Below, one piece after another: positions 44,639-54,619 of a DNA stretch of 64,000 bases. Source of the DNA: an uncultured Fibrobacterota bacterium (GTDB lineage: Bacteria; Fibrobacterota; Chitinivibrionia; Chitinivibrionales; FEN-1185); contig CAVWBU010000035.1 of the NCBI GenBank assembly GCA_963753345.1, positions 96,001-160,000 on the forward strand, in the 5' to 3' direction. A program made the translations under genes and the position numbers. Positions within the stretch are counted from its first letter, which is position 1; the number at the start of each line of letters is the position of its first letter. The notes below the pieces were generated by a model. The model made no database searches and had not been told where the DNA came from. It worked only from the letters and a program-made list of their open reading frames with translations.

Positions 44639-45031
44639 TTGTCGTTCATTTCAATCCCGCGTGAATGGCTCGTGATTGCGGCGGGCATTCTGTCCCTGGC
44701 GCTTGGTGTCGTTTATATCGCAAGGAGCGGAGTCGTGGCGCGCGATTTCAAGCTCGTGCTCTCCGACCATAAGAGAGTACTCACGATGGCGCTTGTAAAC
44801 CAGGGGCTTGGACTGTGCTTCATAGGAGCGTTGGTGATCCTTTCCGCAATCTTGGGAAAAGGAAATACGATCAGCAGGATCGTTGAATGGATGAGCGCGG
44901 GAATGCTGTTTGTGCTTACCTTTGTGACCGCGGCAACAGGCGGACGGGGCGAATACGTGATATTCCGCTTTGGTCAATTAGGGCTGATCGTGGCAGCCAT
45001 CTTGATACTGGTAGGGATGGTACCGCGATGA
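44639..45031 (+). CDS. Four-TM membrane hypothetical protein
   Basis: RBS gggagagg; four hydrophobic helices. Confidence 0.65.
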   Translation: MSFISIPREWLVIAAGILSLALGVVYIARSGVVARDFKLVLSDHKRVLTMALVNQGLGLCFIGALVILSAILGKGNTISRIVEWMSAGMLFVLTFVTAATGGRGEYVIFRFGQLGLIVAAILILVGMVPR

Positions 45032-45268
45032 TCCTATTTTGGGGTTGACGGAATTGGACCCCTTTACAAAATGCGCCCGCAGCCGACGTCGCTTGCATCT
45101 TCGAAAATGTTAACAGAAACAAACGAGTTTACACAAATAATGTGAATTACGGTTGAATGTCTCCCCGCGAGGGGAGAAACAGAGGGGCGATACAATAAGC
45201 ATTTTCCTTGGCGGGTCTAAGGGCCGGCCAGGCCCTTCCATCTCTTGAATTTTGTTTTGACTTTTTAT

Positions 45269-45343
45269 CTACCTCATCCTCCACCCGAACATCACCTTCC
45301 CGTCATTCACCACGTACATCGCCGGATCGCTGGTCCACGCCGC
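45269..45343 (-). pseudogene. Orphan 3-prime fragment of the 47456-48674 gene family
   Basis: Encodes AAWTSDPAMYVVNDGKVMFGWRMR-stop versus AAWTSDPAAYIVNDGNVMFQWRMR-stop at 47456. Confidence 0.8.
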
Positions 45344-45447
45344 CCCATTTCCCTTTCAGCAATAATCCGCCCACCGCCCCGTAGTTTATTCTCCGTAAAT
45401 CATCCGCGCTTCCAACATTTTTCCGACCGGGTCCTGCTTTTAGTTTC

Positions 45448-47439
45448 GTGAGGACGAAAAGACTTCGCATGATTCAACACGCGTTTCTTGCCGGTTTAAT
45501 CTTCATGGTCGGTTCGTCATGGGCCAATACCGATTCTTCCGGAACGGTTCCCGACAAACTTGTCGTTGAAGGCAAGAGGAGCCAGGTATCGGAACGGATC
45601 GCGGTTGAAAAAGAGGAAACCAGGACTGGGCTCACCGACGACATTGACAAATTGCTTGTGCTCAAGCCGGGGGTCACCGGCGTTCCGGAGGCGGGATCGT
45701 CCCTTCTGGTGCATGGCGAAAGTCCGCTTGACAATAAGTTTCTTCTCTACGGCGTCCCCATGTTTGCGCCGTCGCATTTTTCAAACAGCACCTTCTGTGA
45801 CCACAGCGCGACCATGATCTCCACGGTCAATGAGGTCCGGATCGTCACCGACGAACTGGGCGGCCGGTTTTCCGGCGCGTCGGGCTCGGTGATCGCATGC
45901 GATCCCGGCGTGTGCCGGCTTGCGGACCCGCGCCTGATTCCCAGGCCGGAACTCTCCGTCGGCATCGGCGCGCTGTGCCAGGATTTTTCCCTGTCGTTTC
46001 CCGCGCGCAAGGGCGCGGACATCTATCAGCTCTCCTTCACCAACACCGATGCATACAGAATCAGTTTTCAGGGTGTCGAACAACTGAGCTCCCAACAGGC
46101 CGCGCTGGGATATGGAATGCCGGCGACATTCGGCGATCTTGTCTACACGGGCGCGCATGCATGGGGCAAATTTGCGCTCAGGGAATATGCCCTTTATGCG
46201 TACGACAAGTACAAGCCGTCGATCCAGGGCGACGGCATGACCGTGCCGTGGGGCGTCGGCGGTTTGATAGCCGAGGACACCCTTGCAAACGGCATACTCA
46301 AGGTTTCCGCTGGCGGGTCCAGACAGCAATACTACGAGGGGAAAAAATATGGGTTGATAATTCCCCTTGTGCATGCTGAAAGGACAAACGGGATTCTGAG
46401 CGCCAGCCTGTACCGGGTGAAGAGCGGGGCTTCGCTTTACGACGCTGCAGTGCAGGTCGAAGGCCTCGATTGGCAGGGAGAACAGACCATACGCGGGAAC
46501 ACGGGGCCGGACTCCGCGAAGATAATAGCGTCCCCGTTTACAAAGGCGGAAACCGGGAAAGAGGCGGAAGTCACCCTTCATGGCGGCGCACAGCGCGGAT
46601 TCGGCAGGACGGGCGTGGGCGCCAATGTCCTTCTCGGCTGCATAGCGCCATGGTACCGCGCCTATGCCGACCCCGGACTCTGGGCGCGGCTGGAGCTGGA
46701 CAGGTGGTCGGCGGGCGTTTGCGCCGGCATAACGACGACACGGCCCGACATCCGCGGGCTGCCCACGCACGATTACCGCGGCACCCTGCAGAAAACCTAT
46801 TCGGTCTCCGTGAACGGACAGGCCGCGCCCGTGCGCTGGCTCGATGCTGGCGCGGATGCCTATGTCAAGCGGAAGGACCGGTGCGCGGCGCTCTCGCTTG
46901 AGCCGGGAAATCTGGTGTGGGATCCGTCGGTCGAAAGCCCGGTGCTCACCGAAGGCATCAACACGACGCTGGCCCTCAGTCCCGTGGAGCACTGGACCCT
47001 CACCATGCTCCAGGATTTTGCCCGGGCAAACCGCATGTATCCCGGCGGCAGACAGCTCTATGAATGGAACGTGCCCTGGTCGCAGAAGTCAATTCTGCGG
47101 TACAGCGTGCTTTCCGACAGGCTCCAGTTTTTTCTCATCGGCATTTTCTCCGCGGGCCTGCCGTACCGGGACGTCGTCCGGCAGGACTCCAGCGTGACCT
47201 TATCTTCCGATTTTTCCAGGGACTCGACGTACAAGCGGATTGATTTCAAGGTGCAGGTCAACCAGAACATCAAGGACAATCGCCTTCTTACGAGGTATGA
47301 CTGCTATGTTGAGGTGACCAATATTGCCGATTGGACGAACATCAGAGAATACTATTGGGATTCGAACATGGAAAAGCTGCCTGTGTTTCTGGATCGGCTC
47401 GGCATCAACCTGGGTGTTCGGCTGGGTTTCCGGTTTTAG
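45448..47439 (+). CDS. TonB-dependent receptor-like outer membrane protein (start probably 45469)
   Basis: Signal peptide, plug-like DIDKLLVLKPGV...LLVHG...DN...GVP, alternating beta-strands, C-terminal Phe (GVRLGFRF). Confidence 0.7.
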   Translation: MRTKRLRMIQHAFLAGLIFMVGSSWANTDSSGTVPDKLVVEGKRSQVSERIAVEKEETRTGLTDDIDKLLVLKPGVTGVPEAGSSLLVHGESPLDNKFLLYGVPMFAPSHFSNSTFCDHSATMISTVNEVRIVTDELGGRFSGASGSVIACDPGVCRLADPRLIPRPELSVGIGALCQDFSLSFPARKGADIYQLSFTNTDAYRISFQGVEQLSSQQAALGYGMPATFGDLVYTGAHAWGKFALREYALYAYDKYKPSIQGDGMTVPWGVGGLIAEDTLANGILKVSAGGSRQQYYEGKKYGLIIPLVHAERTNGILSASLYRVKSGASLYDAAVQVEGLDWQGEQTIRGNTGPDSAKIIASPFTKAETGKEAEVTLHGGAQRGFGRTGVGANVLLGCIAPWYRAYADPGLWARLELDRWSAGVCAGITTTRPDIRGLPTHDYRGTLQKTYSVSVNGQAAPVRWLDAGADAYVKRKDRCAALSLEPGNLVWDPSVESPVLTEGINTTLALSPVEHWTLTMLQDFARANRMYPGGRQLYEWNVPWSQKSILRYSVLSDRLQFFLIGIFSAGLPYRDVVRQDSSVTLSSDFSRDSTYKRIDFKVQVNQNIKDNRLLTRYDCYVEVTNIADWTNIREYYWDSNMEKLPVFLDRLGINLGVRLGFRF

Positions 47440-47455
47440 AAACGTTCCGTTCCCT

Positions 47456-48674
47456 CTACCGCATCCGCCATTGAAACATTACGTTTCCGTCGTTCACAAT
47501 GTATGCCGCGGGATCGCTGGTCCAGGCCGCCGACCACGGCGGATTGTCCTTTACAGGATAGCCGTCAAGCGGCGTGCGGGCGGTAATGAACCACGGGTTC
47601 TTGGGATCAATGGAAAGCAGCTCGAAGCTGTACTGGTCCTGGGCGGTCTGCGGAATTATACTTATAGATCCAGAAAGCCACGAGATTTCCGTCCTTGGAA
47701 AACTCGAAATGATCGCAGTGCGTGCCTCCGTCAAAAGAAAGCACGGGCATCAACGCAGGCTTGTCTCCTCCCCATGTTGCGACCCAGAGCACACAATCGT
47801 CAAAGCAGTCCGGCGCGGATTCCACCAGGAGCACAAACGGCAATGTCGGATGCACATAGAGCTGGTTGAGCTCGCGAAAGACCTTCCTGCTGTCCTTGAA
47901 TACTTTTGAAAGTGGGTGCTCGACTTCTTTCCCTTTTGTATCGAACGCCTTGACGAGTGCGGTTTTCCTGTCGTACACAAAAAACTTGCCGGATTGAATT
48001 CCCCACAAAAGGTCACGGGGGTCCGAAATTTTGTATATGGTGTCGAGCGTCTTGGGATACTCCTTGCCGCTGCAGTCGCACGTGTAAATCCACCTGATGG
48101 TCTGGTCGGCGCTGTCGCCCGTCTCGATGCCCATGAGCTTTTCGAGTTCGAAAGCAAAGATGTTCTTTTTGGCATCGACGGCAGTGCCGCGCTTGGCGGT
48201 GCAATCGAGATCTCCCGTGACAAGGAAATCCTTGACTCCGTGGTTCTTTGTGTCGAGGAGAGCGAAGCGCCGTGTTTGGGTGTATCCGATCTCCCGGTCG
48301 GAGAATAACGGCAGGAAGGATAGCTGGCCTCCGGAAACCTGCTGGAAATAATCGGCCCGGATTTCCTTGATCGCCAACGCGTCGTACTCGAAAACCACCG
48401 CGCTCGCCGCGTTGTTGAGGTCAAGCGTGGCGACTGCGCCGGGCAGGGGAACGGGAAAAATAAATTTGATCTCTTCCCCGCGGGATTGGGAAGGGATCGC
48501 AAACAGGGTTGCGCGGAGGGGAGCGGATTTCGGCAGAAGAAACGTGCCCTGAGTGTTCATCGCAATGTCTCCTTGAAGCGTGCTCTTTTGTTTGTGAAGA
48601 GGTGCTGCATGCGCCGACGCCGCTGTAAAAGCCGCGGCAACCAGGAAACGGATAATAAAGGGCCAGCTCCTCAT
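47456..48674 (-). CDS. Secreted beta-rich hypothetical protein (candidate immunity protein), frameshift near 47660
   Basis: Signal MRSWPFIIRFLVAAAFTAASAHA; continues in the 47456-47734 frame. Confidence 0.65.
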
Positions 48675-48689
48675 CTCCGGTCCCGGCGG

Positions 48690-51149
48690 TCAGGCGTTCT
48701 TCTTGAGGACGTCGATTTTCTTTTTCATCCTGCCGACCATCTTGTATCCGTCAATCAGTTTTGCGTCGGTTTCCTTGAGGCCCCAGGAAAGCATCACTTT
48801 TTTTATGTCGTCCCGCAGTGCGAAGAAATCGTAGAACTCGAACGGATTCATCATGCTGAACCGCTGCCAGAGTGTGGGGCTGCCGTGTTTGAGATGCCCC
48901 TTTTTCCGGAGCGCATCGTCGAGTTTGGCGATCTGTTCGACATTTGCGTCGTAGAAGGCGCGATAGTTCTTTCCGTCGATTTCGGTGACGTACCAGTCGG
49001 TGCCGAACATGATCCGGCTGAGCAGATGGGCTCCCTTTTCCGCGCTTTTGTCAAAGACGGACTGAATGGTCGACAGAACCTTGTCGTAGTGCTCTGCAAT
49101 CTGAAAACACGAGATATCGGTGTACAGGTTCGGGTATTTGCCGCAGGTTATCATGTCGACAAGGGTGTCGCGCCAGCTGTAGACAAGCGCGTCGCTCTGC
49201 TTGGCGCCGCTGTTCTTTATCGCGGCGTCCTTGTTCCACCCGGCATATAAAATATCGACGCTGGCGTCGCCGCCGCCGGCGAAATGGGCCAGGCACAGTT
49301 TGAGGCCGCCGCATCCGGGAAGGTCCAAAACTTTCTTCCAGCATTGCGGTGCGGCGATGTTCTCCATGAAGAACTGGGCCTGGGGCGAGACGCCGCCGAT
49401 GGTCGATTGATAAATGCCGTACGATTTGTTCTCCGGGGTCCGTGACGGCTTGGCGCTGCGGTAATAGCCGAGATAGTTCTCCCACTCGTGGGTGCGGTAG
49501 CCGCCCGGGCTGCAATGGGCCAGAATGGGGATTCTTTGTTTCGCGCACTCGGCGTAGAAATTGTTCAGGCGCGGCAAGTGCTCGTCGAGAGGATGATAGC
49601 CGAGCGACGGGTACATCTTGAAGCCGAGGAACGCGCGAGGGGAGTGCCTGGGCTCCGGGTCGGCGCTTGCGGTTTGCAGCAACCGTGAAAACGGAAACTT
49701 CCACGAATTGATCCACCGGCGGGGATCGTAGTGGTACAGGGGGAAAAGTTTCCAGGGATTTTTCATGGCAACGCCGACCGAGCGAGTCATCTGCGTCGGA
49801 TAGTTTTCGAACAGCTTGGTCTCTTCGAGGTACATCCACAGGGCGGGACCCTTGGTGCCGGAGGCGTCTCTGTCGTAGCGGTAATAGCGAAACGAATCAA
49901 ATGACTCCGACTGGACGTTCTGCAGCGCATCGTGGCCGGGTTCGTAATCCGGCGGAAGGGAGGCGTTGTTCTGAACCTCGATACCCTCGGAATTGACAAA
50001 AGAGGACTGAACGTAATAGCGTTTGGTCGCCTTTCGGTACACCGGCAGGCCCTGGTAGCCGTCGAGGTGCGCATATTCCATGTCCATGAGCAGACCGACA
50101 AGAGGATTGAAGGCTGCGGCCTTTCCGGGAATGGCTGCGCAGGCCCTTGCACCGATCACGTCCGTTCCGTTCTTCTGGATCGAAAGCAAATGCGAGAGGT
50201 TGACAATGTCATTTTCGGTGCCCTGGACGATGTTCGCCGCGGTCTCGCAGACCGCGGCGGCGGCTCCCGCAACGGCACTGTTTGCCTGGGTTTCCTCTTT
50301 GACAAGGGCCAGAAACGCCTCGGCGCCGGCATGAAAGGCGGCCTGAACGCCATGGTCGAAAAACGATTGTGCCACGGAGGCCGCGCCCTCGCCGATCGAA
50401 TGGGCGAGCTTTTCAAGGCCGCTTGCGCAGCTGCCGGCGATTCCCGTCACCGTCTGTGCGAGCTTGGCCGCGCCCTCGCTTGCCGAGGAAACCGCGCCGA
50501 TGATCCCCTCGGCGACGCTCGCGGCGAGTTCTATGGTGGAAAGCGCGAGCTTTTCCTGAGGCGTGCTCAGGCGGTATTCGCCGACAACCGGCCCGAGCGA
50601 CTGCGCGGCCTTCGAGACCTGCGCGCGCGCCGTTTCCATTTTCGCGCACACGCGCTGGACCACGGCGTCGAGGTCCGACGCAAGGTCGGCCCCCGCCGAA
50701 AGCTCGTCTTTGACAAACTGTAAGATTCCGCAGACCGTGTCCAGCCCCGTGCGCGACTCCTGCGCGACGATCTTCCGCTGGGTCTGCAGTATGTTTTGCG
50801 CGACGCCGACAAGCATGACCGCGCAGCCGTTTTCGGCGGCGTTGAGCGCAGCGCCGGCTTTCTTGGCCAAGCCGCCGAGCTTCGTCGCGATCGCGGAGAT
50901 CTTCTGCACCTGGTCGCGCACGATCGCGCTGTCGGCAAGCTTTGCAGGCAGGGAATCCGCCGAGGCGTTGATGAGCGACCGGGGAGCGAGCTTGAGCCCC
51001 GGAAGGATCGCCTCCGGCATCTGCGCCCAGGCAACGGGCAGGGGCGAGCAGTTGCCGCTCATGATGTGCATGTGCGCGTCGATGACGCCGCAGGAAGGAA
51101 TGACGAACGTCCGCGCTTCGCCGGTAGGGGCTTTCAGCTTCGTGCTCAT
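48690..51149 (-). CDS. Amidohydrolase-superfamily protein with a long Ala-rich helical insert
   Basis: IDAHMH, YHYDPRR, GFKMYPSLGY, AHCS, CLAHFAGG, YTDISC, IMFGTDW. Confidence 0.8.
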   Translation of the reverse strand: MSTKLKAPTGEARTFVIPSCGVIDAHMHIMSGNCSPLPVAWAQMPEAILPGLKLAPRSLINASADSLPAKLADSAIVRDQVQKISAIATKLGGLAKKAGAALNAAENGCAVMLVGVAQNILQTQRKIVAQESRTGLDTVCGILQFVKDELSAGADLASDLDAVVQRVCAKMETARAQVSKAAQSLGPVVGEYRLSTPQEKLALSTIELAASVAEGIIGAVSSASEGAAKLAQTVTGIAGSCASGLEKLAHSIGEGAASVAQSFFDHGVQAAFHAGAEAFLALVKEETQANSAVAGAAAAVCETAANIVQGTENDIVNLSHLLSIQKNGTDVIGARACAAIPGKAAAFNPLVGLLMDMEYAHLDGYQGLPVYRKATKRYYVQSSFVNSEGIEVQNNASLPPDYEPGHDALQNVQSESFDSFRYYRYDRDASGTKGPALWMYLEETKLFENYPTQMTRSVGVAMKNPWKLFPLYHYDPRRWINSWKFPFSRLLQTASADPEPRHSPRAFLGFKMYPSLGYHPLDEHLPRLNNFYAECAKQRIPILAHCSPGGYRTHEWENYLGYYRSAKPSRTPENKSYGIYQSTIGGVSPQAQFFMENIAAPQCWKKVLDLPGCGGLKLCLAHFAGGGDASVDILYAGWNKDAAIKNSGAKQSDALVYSWRDTLVDMITCGKYPNLYTDISCFQIAEHYDKVLSTIQSVFDKSAEKGAHLLSRIMFGTDWYVTEIDGKNYRAFYDANVEQIAKLDDALRKKGHLKHGSPTLWQRFSMMNPFEFYDFFALRDDIKKVMLSWGLKETDAKLIDGYKMVGRMKKKIDVLKKNA

Positions 51150-51220
51150 CGGACAATACCCTTGTTCCCGCAAAGAAACGTGTTTGCAGGGGGTTGAAAA
51201 AGTCTTCTTCATGCCGTTCA

Positions 51221-51305
51221 TGGTTCGACACGCTCACCACGAACGGTAAGTTTGTTAAAATTTCGCCACTGAACCGCTCGCCCTGAGCGTGTCGAAGGGC
51301 GAGCG
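51221..51305. repeat. REP-like inverted pair (TTCGACACGCTCA / TGAGCGTGTCGAA type)
   Basis: tggttcgacacgctcaccacgaacgg ... ccgctcgccctgagcgtgtcgaaggg. Confidence 0.65.
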
Positions 51306-51325
51306 ACAAGTTTTTGAACAGCCTG

Positions 51326-52216
51326 TCAAGACTGTTGTTCGTCTTCGTCCGCAAATTCGACGTCGCACGGGCCAGGAGGAACATCGTCTGCGCGGCAGCG
51401 GCCGTCCTTGTCGAGCGTGATCGATTTCGTCGTGCCGTCCGCAAACGTAACGTTGGCTTTGTAGTCGGCATAGGGCGCACCGTATTCGTCGGTAAACACA
51501 AAATCCGCGAAGTCCCGGAACACGAGCAGTCCGGATTCCCGGTTCACGCCGATTCGTATTCCGTCGAGTGCAACAATGAAAAAGTATTGCGGAGCAGCAT
51601 AGTGTTTTTTGTGTTTGGAAAGCTCTTTCTCGGTGAGGATGCCGTCGGTGCGGTCCGCGTAGGCAAAATGCCACTGCAGTTCGATCTTCATGCCCGAAAC
51701 CTTGGCGGGGATCGAGGTGACCGGGCGGTCCGCGGCATTGGGGTCGTGCTCCTTGACAAGCACAACCGCCTCGTCTCCGTCGGCCGCGCCGCCGTCGAAT
51801 TCGCAGGTGAGCGTGACGTCGTCGCCGCGACGCACCGTGTCCCTGTCCCATTTCATGCTTTTCACGCTCGGCCGGGGCTTCACCGGTATCCGGTTGGATT
51901 CGGCCGTAAGGCCGTGTTTGGGCAGCTTTGCCTCAAAGTAAATTAGGTCGCCGATGTCGACCTTGTCCGGGATGTCAAGCTCGCCCGTATATTCGTTCTG
52001 CTTAATTTTGCCGGTTGCCGTGCCGAGCTTCGTGCCGTTTTCGCTTTTTTCGGTGATTTGGATCTGCGCTCCATCACCCACGAAGGATGTTTTCACCTGT
52101 AATGGTGCCGTGCCGCCGGCGCGGCCTGCGCCGGATAGCCACAGGGCCGAGACAAGGTTTCCCTTGAGGGAAATTTTGTGCTTTGCGTTGGTGGACTTGG
52201 TGTAGGTTGCAGCCAT
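51326..52216 (-). CDS. Hypothetical Ig-like protein with a C-terminal transthyretin-like segment of the type seen in T6SS tip-associated proteins
   Basis: FTDEYGAPYADYKANVTFADGTTKSITLDKDGRCRADDVPPGPCDVEF; no signal peptide. Confidence 0.6.
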   Translation of the reverse strand: MAATYTKSTNAKHKISLKGNLVSALWLSGAGRAGGTAPLQVKTSFVGDGAQIQITEKSENGTKLGTATGKIKQNEYTGELDIPDKVDIGDLIYFEAKLPKHGLTAESNRIPVKPRPSVKSMKWDRDTVRRGDDVTLTCEFDGGAADGDEAVVLVKEHDPNAADRPVTSIPAKVSGMKIELQWHFAYADRTDGILTEKELSKHKKHYAAPQYFFIVALDGIRIGVNRESGLLVFRDFADFVFTDEYGAPYADYKANVTFADGTTKSITLDKDGRCRADDVPPGPCDVEFADEDEQQS

Positions 52217-52237
52217 AGAAGTATGCGAAGCTCCAGG

Positions 52238-52670
52238 CTATTCCGACTCGACAAGGGCGAGACTTTCAACAATCCTGTCAACGGCATCGGCAACGGTCTG
52301 GATCGTTGCTTTTGAGAAGGTCGACGTGAAGACATAACCCCTGCCGCCGTCGATGATGAAGTACTGCTTCTGATAATACGTCACCAGATCGGCGGGCGTG
52401 TATTGGTATACGGCCACGTACATCCGGCGGCCCGACGGGATGTCGCGCTCCGTCTCGGAAAGCATCTCGAACGCGGGAAGCGCCTTTGCGGAAAGGGAAA
52501 GCTGGTTCCGGGCGAATTCGGCCAGTGTTGCCTTTCTGTCAAGCTCCGGCAGAATCGAGAGCACCAGGTTGTGCTGAACGCCGCTGTCAAGCGGGCCCTC
52601 AAAGGTGTGGACCGTGGTTTCCTTCCAACCCTCAGGGAAGGTCAAGGCGGAAAAGCGAGTTTGAGGGCAT
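52238..52670 (-). CDS. DcrB/DUF1795 (Mog1p/PsbP-like) protein; likely start ATG 52670 with a 1-nt frameshift near 52636
   Basis: RBS aaggag before MPSNSLFRLDL, then PEGWKETTVHTF...NLVLS...LAEFARNQL...YQKQYF...FTST. Confidence 0.65.
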
Positions 52671-52779
52671 GGCGGAGCTTTCTCCTTGGATAAGCTTGTA
52701 AAGTACAGTTTCAAAATAGCAATCGCAGGGAAGGGATAACAATAGTAAAATATTTGCGGATAATTATGATGTTGTTGGA

Positions 52780-53190
52780 GGGGGAAGTATCCCCCTGGGG
52801 TCCAGCCAGCCGGCGCAATTTAGCGACACATCATGATGTGCCATTTTTTTTCGGCCGCCGGTTGTCTGGACCCACACCCCCTCCTGGGTGGCCCCCAAGA
52901 GAGTTGGTCGGCAAGATGGTAACTTCTGACGCGGGGGCACGGAGAAAGAGAGCTGGAAGTTGACAGTTGAAAGTTGAAGGCTGGCGCGAGAAATAACAAT
53001 TGACTGAATACATTTCTTATGCCGTGCGTTAGGGGCGACTGGAGGTCCCGCCAAAGCGGGATGCCGCCCGGACCCGGCCCTGCGGGCCATAGGGCCGTGG
53101 CGGCCCGAGGCCTACGGCCGACGACCCTTGGAAGCACCCGAAGGGGTGGACCGGAAGGAGAACCGACCCCGCGAAGCGGGGGAACGCCCA
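52780..53190 (+). repeat. A-spacer-B structured repeat unit
   Basis: gggggaagtatccccc tggggtccag...ctggaccc; B subtype shared with 1790 and 39563; ends ggggaacgccca. Confidence 0.9.
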
Positions 53191-53204
53191 ACTCTTACTC
53201 CTTA

Positions 53205-54367
53205 CTAAGGAACAAGCACCTTCCTGCACGCAACAATATCATTCCCTTTAAGCAATTGCGCAACGTAGAAACCGGCCGGCGCGCGACCCGCCGGGCCCGT
53301 GTACTTCCAGGTGAAGTTCGTGCCCGAACCGAGCTTGGCCACGCAATGGCCTTGAGCGTCGAGAATCCGCAATTCTCCAGGCTCCGGAAACGAGAAGGCG
53401 ATTGAACCGGGCAGTGCGGTCACGCGAAAAAGCTGGCTGGGCGATGATGTGACGCTTTGCCGCACGCCAAGAATCGGGTCGAAGCTGCCTGTTAAGGTGG
53501 CCTTGCCCTGTCCGCCCGAGAACGAGATAGTGTCGCCCACGGCAATGGTCGGCGCGGAGACGGTGGTGGAGAGCGTGATCAGCAATTTTACATAATTCGG
53601 GTTCCACACCGCGCTGCCGATGGTGCCGAAACCGCTGAGCCATGTGTGGCCGTTTGACAAGGGGAAAATCGAATCCACGTTGAGTGCGGTCACGGTAACA
53701 TTGTTGACCGCCTTGTCGAACGTGAGCAGCACGTAATCGTCGTTGTCGATACCCGCCTGCTGGATTGCATTGTCGCTCGCGACCGCGGAAATAAGGGTGG
53801 GAGGATTCGCCACATGGACCTGGAAAGACAAGGTCGTCGAACCAGGCAGTGCCGGCGTCGCCGGCGACCGCGGTACATTCCAGGTATACCTGGGCAAAGC
53901 TGCAGGAGTCCGGCGCGACCAAGGTTCGGGACAGGTTTGTCCAATCATTAGTCCCCCAAAGTTTGCCCAACGTATCGATTCTGATGAAATTGGTCGGCAC
54001 TTGATTGTTCTGACCAACCGTATCGTCGAAACCACAGAACCATGATCTGGGCAGTGGATGCCGTAATGGCATCGGTCTTTAGCCATCCGGAGACGTCATA
54101 CGAGACGCCGGGCATGACCATTACGTTCTGCCATACCGCGCGCGGGAAAGCCACGCCGGGAAGGACCATCTGCTCGCTGTGGGTTCCGGTGTGGGCGACG
54201 TTGTTGACAATTGAGCGTCCGCCGCTGGTGTTCATCTGCCACGCGGAACCCCCGTTTTCAAAACCGGGGTCGATGAGAAGGTTCTGGGCTCCGGCCGCAA
54301 GGGCGAAAAACCCGATAAACAGGAATATCGAGATACGGCAGAATGAATTGAAACGTGAGGAGATCAT
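53205..54367 (-). CDS. Secreted CBM4/9-like carbohydrate-binding protein with C-terminal FlgD-Ig-like tail, two frameshifts
   Basis: QNLLIDPGFE, AHTGTHS, YDVSGWLKT, AWFDDL, ILDAQGHCV...FTW. Confidence 0.65.
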
Positions 54368-54481
54368 GACACCCCCTTGATGGAAGAAGACCGACGATGT
54401 TTTACAATGTGTAATTATTATACCATGAATGAGGCATTCGGGCAAGGTTGTTTCAAGAGGCAAATTTTGATGGAGGCGCCC

Positions 54482-54610
54482 ATTGAGAATTGTTGATTGA
54501 TGATTGCGAAATGCGGATTGAAGAGGTAAAAATCATTCCACTAAAGATGTTTTCAAATCCGCAATCCGAATTCCGCAATCTGCAATCTACATTCTACAAT
54601 CTACAATTTA
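54482..54610. repeat. Inverted arrays of degenerate heptamer repeats (AATCCGC/AATCTAC)
   Basis: attgagaattgttgattgatgattgcgaaatgcggatt ... aatccgcaatccgaattccgcaatctgcaatctacattctacaatctacaatt. Confidence 0.7.
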
Positions 54611-54619
54611 AATTCTTCC

